This document shows positions 55,777 to 64,000 of a stretch of DNA of 64,000 bases, one piece after another. Within the stretch, counting starts at the first letter, position 1. Every line of letters starts with the position of its first letter. Origin of the DNA: Podarcis bocagei (Eukaryota); NCBI GenBank assembly GCA_964188305.1, contig OZ076885.1; one strand, written 5' to 3'. The position numbers and the translations under genes are program-made. The notes under the pieces are model-generated. The model saw nothing but the letters and a program-made list of their open reading frames with translations, had not been told where the DNA came from and made no database searches.

Positions 55777-57324
55777 AGCACACAACTAATTGCAGATAAA
55801 TTGCAATTATGTCTGCTGCAAGTAAATTGGATGGTCTGCTGCATTTGATTTTTTAAAAATCTCTAGTGTGCTGCTTGTGGGCGCAGAAGGCTGGTAGCAG
55901 ATCAGGATGCAGGATTACCGCCTTACTTTTTCAACTGCTTTCTTTGAAACTGAAGAGCAGAAAAACTGGTGCCTACTGTTAACAAAAGAGACCTCACAAG
56001 AAATAGGGCTTCCTTTGTTTTTGGCAGATTACTAACATCTGTTAATCCTAGATTTGACTCCCTATATTGATCAGAGCATTCTAATTTGTGTAGTTTGTAA
56101 ACCTACCAAATATACAGTGTTTTGTCAGGGGCAACTTACCCTTTCTATCTTCTATGCCTATTCAGTCTACATATATGCCTTACTGAGACACTAAAAGGTT
56201 ATATATTTCATTTTTTCAACAGAGGCAAGGGGAAAGTTTGCACTCAATAAAATACTTTCTCAAGAGTGGAACTGGTTTTCCATATGTTGTAGTTTGACCT
56301 CTGCACATCTTTGGGTTTGTTTTATGGCTGACAGCTACCAGCAGCTTCATTCATTTAACTCAGTCTTTAAATACCTTCTAGAGTCAGTTCTTGATAAAAG
56401 GGAGGAGTTTTGCAATGAGAAAAGCCAAGTCTTAATTTGCACAACATCCTTTTCTCCCCCATGAAACTATATTCCTGGGCATCATGTGTAATTTACCAAA
56501 AGCAACTGGACTAAAATTACTATTGTAATTTCAGAAATAAAGTCATTCTAAGATTTTTCTGTTTTACTGAGTTTTCTAGTATTTGTATTAAATCTACATT
56601 GCAAACTTTAAAGAAATACAGGCATCCATAATTCACTTGCCAGGAACTCTTTGCCAAGATGCCCAGCAGTGTGCATGCATATGCACACTCTTCCTAAACT
56701 CATTTGCACTACAGGTTGGAGAAGGTAAGAAATAGGGATATTTTCATGTGCAAGATGTCCTCCTCCTCCAGACTAGGCAAGCATTAGAGTTTGGGAGGGA
56801 ATTGGAGTCTTGCCTGTGTATGCAAAGACTTGGTAAGCTAAGAAGAATCAGGCGTGTCTCTCCTGCTGCTTCTTAACCATCTTTATTCCCCAGCAGAAAT
56901 GAGAAAAACACCTGCCACCCCCACCCAGCTCCTTGTATATGCAGGGTTGGTGGTAAGCACAGCTGTTGCTTTGGCCTTCTCGCTAGCCTCTGTCAACCCC
57001 CAAACTAATGCAATTAAAAAGCTGGAAGAAATATGCGATTCTCTCATATTCAGTCATCTTAAATTGTGTACAATAGATGGATGTATGAGGAAGTTAAGAT
57101 TTGGCAAAAATGAGAGGGTTTTTTGGTTACACACGTCTGAATAGACAAATATTTGCTTCTGTTTTCAAGTACCTCAAAATAGCTACATTTCATTTATAGA
57201 AATGCTTGGAGGAAGATGCCTATTTGCTTTGTGTATGTTTCCAGTAGAAAAAGATTGATGTGCTAAAGAAGCTATGTCTATTTTTCATTTAATATTAATA
57301 TTTCATTTTCATTTAATATTAAAG

Positions 57325-57417
57325 GGTTACAATTGAACATGCCAGAGCCCGAAGAGGGGGTAGAGGCAGATACCCACAACGGTTCAATTATTACCAATCC
57401 TATGGGGGTGGATCTAG
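57325..57417 (+). CDS. SRSF5: SRSF5-like coding exon (VTIEHARARRGGRGRYPQRFNYYQSYGGGS), end of RRM1 plus RG linker
   Basis: aag|GGT...TAG|gtaag, 93 nt, phase-compatible. Confidence 0.9.
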
Positions 57418-59331
57418 GTAAGAAATATGTTCTTTTTACTGCAAAGTCACTTGTTAAACAGTTAATTTTAGACTATGAACATTCTCCATACACTCAGGAT
57501 TCTTAACAGTTCACATTTCTAGGGGTAGCTGCATAACATTTTAAGGTGTTCTTAATGAGCTGTGGTTATTTTCCCTACCTTTCATTACCTTTTTAGTAAG
57601 ACCAATACAAGGAATCTTATGCTAACAATCTTTTCATTGAAATTGCTGAATTCCATCTACCACCTTCAACTATAAGAAGGAGAGGTGTGTGCTGTTGAAG
57701 TCATTAATTATTGCTGCACCTTGCCTAGTGGGTGTATGCTTAGCACTTGATAGCTTTCATGCCCATTAATATAATTATGATGCACAAGTAGTGTACTCTC
57801 ATGCCAGCAGCCAGAGTTTGTTATAGTTTGGTTTCAGCCTGTAGTACTTTGGTCCTGTACAAGTCTTACTGAATGGAATGGGCTTTGTGTGACTAGTGCT
57901 TAATGGACTGTGCCCCTCTTTGCTTAAACTTTGGCTGGGAGCCTAGGGGACTATAGACAAGAACTACTTGTGTAAGTTAGTTGTGCTCCAAGGTCAGTAG
58001 AACCTACGACAAAGCAAATATGTCTATATAGAAGACTCTATAAGGCCAATATTTGTTTGAAATACACAGTCATTATAGAATGTATTTCTGTGATGCATGT
58101 CGGACAGTATATGTGAGGAAATAGTATTTTAAAATATGTTTCTCTCACATTAAACTATTTCACTGTGTCTACTACAAGCTGCTGTTAAGACATCTGTTCA
58201 TGAAATTGTTTAGACACTGTATTGATAATTGCTTTTAAGTAAAATTTGCATTTTTGCATTTCATTCAGAGGCAGCCTTCTTGCCGTTCTCGTGCTAAACA
58301 GAAACCAAACACATTGGAAACTACTAATTTTGCATATTGAAGTATGCTGTTTAGATTCTCTTTTCTTTAGTGCAGTGATGTTGCTGCAGTAAGAGTGATC
58401 CAAGGTCGAGGCTAAAAGTGAACTTTACTAAAGTAGGATATGTGACTGACGTTCATGGGCATCTTGCATGGTAGTTACGTTCATGACATCAGGCACATGG
58501 TGCCAGACAAGAAGAGACTACTATTTCCAGTAGTGAAAAGTGGGACTCGGCCTTCCAGTTGGGGGATTCTGGAACTTCTTTTAAATGCTCTGAAGATCTG
58601 GATATTCTGAAAATGTGGGGCATTTAGAGGTATGCAAATGAAATGGAGTTGCCTCTGCTTAAATTTCCAAAAGATGCACTTGTTGTTGGTTGAATTTCAT
58701 ATTATATAAAAGAGCCATCATTTGGAGTGGATTTTGGTAGCTAGCCTGAACAAACTAATGTACAGTTCTCCAGTTGTTCATACTAGCACTTTATAATATT
58801 TTGGGGTTTGATGACAGTAAGCCAGATCTTTTATTCATGTAAAATTGGGTAGATAGTGCATCAGCTCCCACAGCTTATTGAAGTACCATAGTGCTGTAGT
58901 AAGCATGCAGTCTCCACAGCCTCATCCTCCTGGGGTGATTCATGCCTGTATGTTCATCATTTGATGTGTGTTCACAGCATGTAGGGTCTTTGAAAAATGT
59001 TATGTTAGGTGATAGCTTTGAAAGCTGTTTATATGCTGGCTGTTGCACACATGGAGGTCATTGACTGATGAACACACTTGCGTGAACTGCCCCATAGTCA
59101 TTTAGTGTGTGTCTTGCAGTTTGTGTATATATTCCACTTGCCTTCCCTATTACAGACAATAAGCAACTGCCCGGTAGCCTTTCCCCTCATTTAAATAAAA
59201 CATAGTCAAATTTCTAAAACATTTTCTGGTTTACTGAGCAATGTGAAGCAATCTGTCCCAGCATAGTGCACTTTCATTTTCCGCATGAAGTATAAATGAA
59301 CAAATAATGGAAAAATGTGTTTCTCTTGTAG

Positions 59332-59404
59332 CCAGTATGGACCACCTCTTCGTACTGAACATAGGCTTATAGTTGAGAATCTTTCTTCACGTGTTAGCTG
59401 GCAG
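59332..59404 (+). CDS. SRSF5: SRSF5-like coding exon ([24 protein letters not shown]), start of pseudo-RRM2
   Basis: tag|CCA...CAG|gtgag, 73 nt; SWQ(DLKD) motif; the next exon is not in the window. Confidence 0.92.
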
Positions 59405-62087
59405 GTGAGTTGGAGTTGACCTTAAATACTTCTTTCTTCTCAAAAACAAGTCGTCCCCTTGAAGGAGACACCATAAAATTTAACTTTGCAGCTAAAGCAG
59501 TCAGAACATTTTTATTAAAACTCAGGCTTAAAGTTCTTTGATTTGCATACCAAAAACATGCAGCATTTAAGCAGCATGTTTTTATTTTTAAAACTGAAGA
59601 GCTGATTAGTGTTTCTTGGACAACTATAATCCTCATCTAATAAGAATTGTGAAAAATCTATTTTAAGACATAATCTTCATAATTAAAGGCATGTCTCAGT
59701 GGGAAGGTCTGTAGTTTGTATCTGGCTTCAATAGAATGAACAGAATGACTGCATGGTTAAAAGAACTCTGTGTTCATAACGCAGGAAATTTTATGTATTA
59801 CTTAATTCTAAAAGAGGTTTGTGGCTTTCATTGCATAGCTAGTGTGTGTGTTAAATAACATTCAACATATACATAACTTCACATTTAAGTATTGCCTCTG
59901 TTTGGTTTCCTTGCAAAGAATGCTTTTTTACTCTTCCTTAACTGTAAGGGGTACACGACTAACATAATTTCATGCCACAAATTAGTTTGCTTTTCAGGTG
60001 CCCACAGGACCCTTGTCTTAGAACACCAATTTCACATGCAGATTCAAAATATTTATGCTGAAATTGGATAAATGAATCCTCACTTTCAATATTTCAGCTT
60101 TCTGGCAGCTGTTTCTGGCATGTTTTCCATGCAAGTGTGGATGTGCTTGGGTAGGGAGAAGCCTATGTATACCATCTTGAGTAAAGATTATTCAAGTATT
60201 TTACCAGGTGTATACTGGAAAAAGTTGCTATCATTTGCTAGGTGGCACTTAGTCTGGCAGGTTTGCTATACCAAATAATCCCTGAAGTTCATTTTGATTC
60301 TACTCTTTAGCAAGGCAGCAAGTCTTCAAAGTACACCAGCTTCTGTTATCATTAGCCAGTAAATCTTCAGCTGCTTCACATACCTTTCATTCTAAATATT
60401 TAGTTGTGAAACAAAAAATGAGATTTCATTGAGCCAGTAAAGTAGTGTTAAATATAGAATGTATTTTTATTAGATTTATTTATAATAGGTTTAGGCAAGT
60501 AGCATATTGTCAACTTAATAATCTGCTTTAAATTAGGTTATGGTAGCCTTCATTTTTAATAATATCTATGTGTATATCACTTCCTACAAAGGAGGAATCT
60601 GCAAACTAAAGACTTCTTTTCTGCTCTTTGGCTTGCATGTATGCTAACATTTGTTGAGGCCCTGAACAATATTTCACCTATTAACTTCTGGGTATAATGG
60701 TTGCATCCACAGTGAAGACTATTTTTAAAAAAAACACACAAAAAACTGATTCTGGTGTCCTGAGTTCTCTTGTAATTTCCTTTTGACTAGTTGCTGTTGT
60801 GCTTAAATGAGGGGCAATTATTACCTTGATCTTAGCACTACTGTCATCAGTGCATGATTTGTCACTTTACCTAACCTCAGTTTTGTCTTCATTTTAATTT
60901 GTAAATTTCAACATGGGGAATGCCTAGCTTTTTAACAGTGCTCTAAACATGTGTTCGTCGAACAGGGCTTTCTTTGGAACCCGAAGGAAGAAGGAAAGGG
61001 TAGGAACAGGTAAATAATTGCACAGTTCAGGAGCAAGATAGCTGTCAAGAGAATAATTGCAACAAACTATTTAGCATACTGCACAATAGCCTTAGCTGAA
61101 AGTAAAGAAACAGGGCTTACTAATATAGGAAATAAACTTGAGGCAAGTTAGCCTTTGTTAGCTGATGTAGTGAACTGTAAGAATAATGAAGAGCTTAGTG
61201 TAGGATGGAGAGGTTCACATGGGTGATGAAGGGAAGCCTGGCGTATGCATTTGGAGTTCTCTATTTGTGTGGAAATACAGAACTCAACAGTTGAGTCCAC
61301 TGTAGAACAAAATACATATATTGAACTACTTGTGTAATTTGACAGGATTAAAATTGCTGCCTTTCCAATAAGTTGCGCAGGGCAACCTACAGAGAAGTAT
61401 AAAACGTGAGATGCATAGGGTACCAGTTTTTCAGTCATTTGACTTATGATCCTGAAGTCTTTTGATATCAACACAGGACTTTTTCCATAGATCAGCATTA
61501 CAGATCCCTTTTTGCATTTTAGAAATGTTTTATAAAATAACTGGGTGGTCCTGTTGTCTGGCAATTTATTATTAAGTGCCTAAATGTGAACCAGTCTCTC
61601 TCACTCATACAAGAGGCATGGGAAGAAATAACTAAAGGGAGGAGAGTTGAACACACGCGAGTCCCGGTACGTAGCATTTGTTTTACAAGTAGCTGTGTGG
61701 AATGGCCCACTGGGAAAAATCCTGGGTATGAGTCCAGTGCCACTTATTTTTAAGAACTACTCAATTGTATCTAGAGGCCATCTCACTGAGTATTCAGTTT
61801 CCAATAGAAGCCAGCCAGATACCTTCATGCCCTGCTTATATATTTCTCAGAGGCAAAGACACTTATTTTATTCCCAATATCAAAAGTATACTGTCTCTAA
61901 ACATGAAGGTTCCATCTGTCTACTATGAATAGTCTTTCATTTATTTGGTCCCAGCCAAGTTTCAGTTGTCATTGGTTATAAATGCATGTCACTTTTGTGA
62001 CGCTTCATTCTGAGGCTTGTATCTCACAAAATTTCCCAGTACACTTTCTGGTGTTGGTAAATGCTATACTTGTATTATCATTTGCAG

Positions 62088-62366
62088 CCCTTGGGAAAGC
62101 TCATCAGGTCATTTGAGACCAGCATGTATGTGCTCTGGTGGGCTATGTCTAATACAGCTACACTGATGTTGCCTGGTGGGTGGGTGTATGATGATGTGGT
62201 GTGGTTCTTAATTTAATGGAAAATTCACTGATGTTCACTGATGTGATAGCACTTCCATCGCTGCTTTTAGACTGCTGTTTACGAAAAGCAGCTTGTATGA
62301 AGGCACTTCAAACCTTGCCTGGCTCTGCAGAGGTGAAATTAAAAATAGCCAGAACCATTTAGTAAG
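62088..62366 (+). other. Candidate poison (PTC) cassette exon in SRSF5-like intron 5
   Basis: tttgcag|CCC acceptor; in-frame TAA at 62214-62216; candidate donors after 62332 or 62366; same intron as the known SRSF5 unproductive splicing event. Confidence 0.55.
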
Positions 62367-64000
62367 GTACTTCACACAACATCTTGCTGAGTGGAGCAAC
62401 TTCTGTATGGTTCTGTTTTGAACATCTACGGTGCTGTATCCAAGTGAATGAATCAGGCCTTGGAGCAAATTAAGGCAAGGCAAGCAAACAAGGTATTTTT
62501 CTGTTCTGAACAGCATAAAAGTCATCACTTTGCCCCTGAGGGTTTTACATCACAAAGCAACATTTTCTGTTCAAATCTGTTTTGCTGCCATGATACAAAC
62601 TACCTGCTGGTTTATGGGAAAGTTGTATATGCTTTTGGGATAGGTGAGATTACCATTTGTATGAGAAACACTAAATTATTGCAGGCATTGGTTTATCTCA
62701 GAGGTTACTTAGTGCTTACAGAAACATGTTTTCTGAAAACGTCATGACTTTATCCTGAGGAGATTCTGGCAAATGTTGTGATCAGAAACAAAAAAAATTC
62801 GCCATGCTGCTTCCATGGCCATTTCTTTGCCTTCACTAACTAGTACATAATGTATGCCTGGCTTCATCATTTCCATAAGCTTTGAATAGTAACAGGAAAC
62901 ACTTTTTAATGCATCCTTTCCCATATCAATGAAAAGCTGTTTTCAAGGTCCATTGAAATCAGTTTCTGGTTGTCTTGTCTACCTTAGTGGGATTTTGAAA
63001 ACTAATACTCATCTGCTCACTGTAGCAGTTGCCCTCAGATAAGTGCCTGTCCTGTGTCTTTTTACTAGCCCTTTAAATTTAGAGCGAAAAGTGGCAAAAG
63101 TGTACAACTGTGGGAGCAGTAGCGCAGGCAAGGTTGAAGTCGAGCTGGATTGTGTCCTGATGTTCAAAACTTAATAACTAGCATCTCATGTTCCTAGCAT
63201 GCAACCAAGCAAGCTTTAAGATGAGAGTGCATACATCTTCTTTTGAAGGCCAGCACATTCTGGTGTTTAAAAGTGTTCCAATCTCTTCCTCATTGATTAT
63301 GACTTCCAAAATCTAGAATCCCAGTAACTTTTAATAGCACATAGTTTTTACTGCTGATTTTCCCCTAATGGCTGCAAGGTCTCCATAAGCCTAAAGCTAG
63401 GAAACTAGATCCCTTGGCTTTCTGTGGAAAGGTGTTGCTATAAGCTACTTTAGTCTTCTAATCTAAGGTTCTTCTAACTAAGTTCTCAAGAAACATATTT
63501 GAGCTATGAACATCTGTACAGACTATTTTGCTTGATGTTTGTAGTGTACGTAATCTTACAATAGACAAGAAATCAAATTTCAAATACATGGTATGGTTGT
63601 ATTTTTAAAATTAGATGCCTGCCTTTATAGGTTTATTCACCTGTACTATCAAAGCTAATTGAATTGCATAAGGATTAATGAAAATGTTTTTTGGCTTTGT
63701 CTCCTATTTACTGTGGATATAATCAGTTTGAAGTATTGTGAACATCATTTTGTATTGTATGTTGTGAACTTTGTATTGGGGAGAGTTCAATCCTACAGAT
63801 GCTGAGTACCCTGATCTTGGCATGCGCAAAACTTTTGTGCTCATTGTGTGATTAGAAATTTCACCATCACTGGATTTTACATGTTAGAGGGTGTGCATGC
63901 ATAAATATCAAGCATAATTTGGGCTGGAGTGCTCAGTATGTTGTAGAATTGAACCCTGCCATCAAATGTCTGCTATTAAACTTGTTTCATGTTAGGTTAA

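Noticed and set aside
59957-59997. GACTAAC branch site plus ttttcag acceptor in SRSF5-like intron 5
   Set aside because: Intervening AG, no convincing donor nearby, and flanks resemble a decayed repeat end
62188-62241. C/D box snoRNA (ATGATGA...CTGA)
   Set aside because: Only about 54 nt between boxes, no clear terminal stem; better explained as part of the poison-exon candidate

Overview
Vertebrate genomic DNA, almost certainly a squamate and probably a lacertid lizard (Sauria SINE, tRNA/CR1-tailed SINE and hAT/Tc MITEs typical of lizards). Positions 1-45 kb hold exons 2-21 of alpha-actinin-1 (ACTN1, + strand; exon 1 is upstream of the window). All exons have canonical AG/GT ends, and one path (8a + NM) gives an uninterrupted 2574-nt frame ending ...GESDL*. 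The gene has two sets of alternative exons: duplicated 86-nt exons 8a/8b, and EF-hand exons NM (81 nt) and SM (66 nt) with long AG-free zones. There is also what looks like a decayed third copy of exon 8 that keeps its splice sites. About 5.5 kb past the ACTN1 poly(A) signal, a CpG-island promoter drives an SRSF5-family splicing factor (srsf5a-type paralogue; exons 1-5 seen, rest beyond the window), with a candidate poison exon in intron 5. Two intronic transposons stand out: a Tc/mariner-type element carrying a 7x ~155-158 bp array of long hairpins just upstream of the NM/SM exons, and a hAT element that appears to have captured the 5'UTR and poly-Q/poly-P start of a host gene (RANBP9-like). 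Almost all ORFs in the supplied track are spurious or exon read-throughs.
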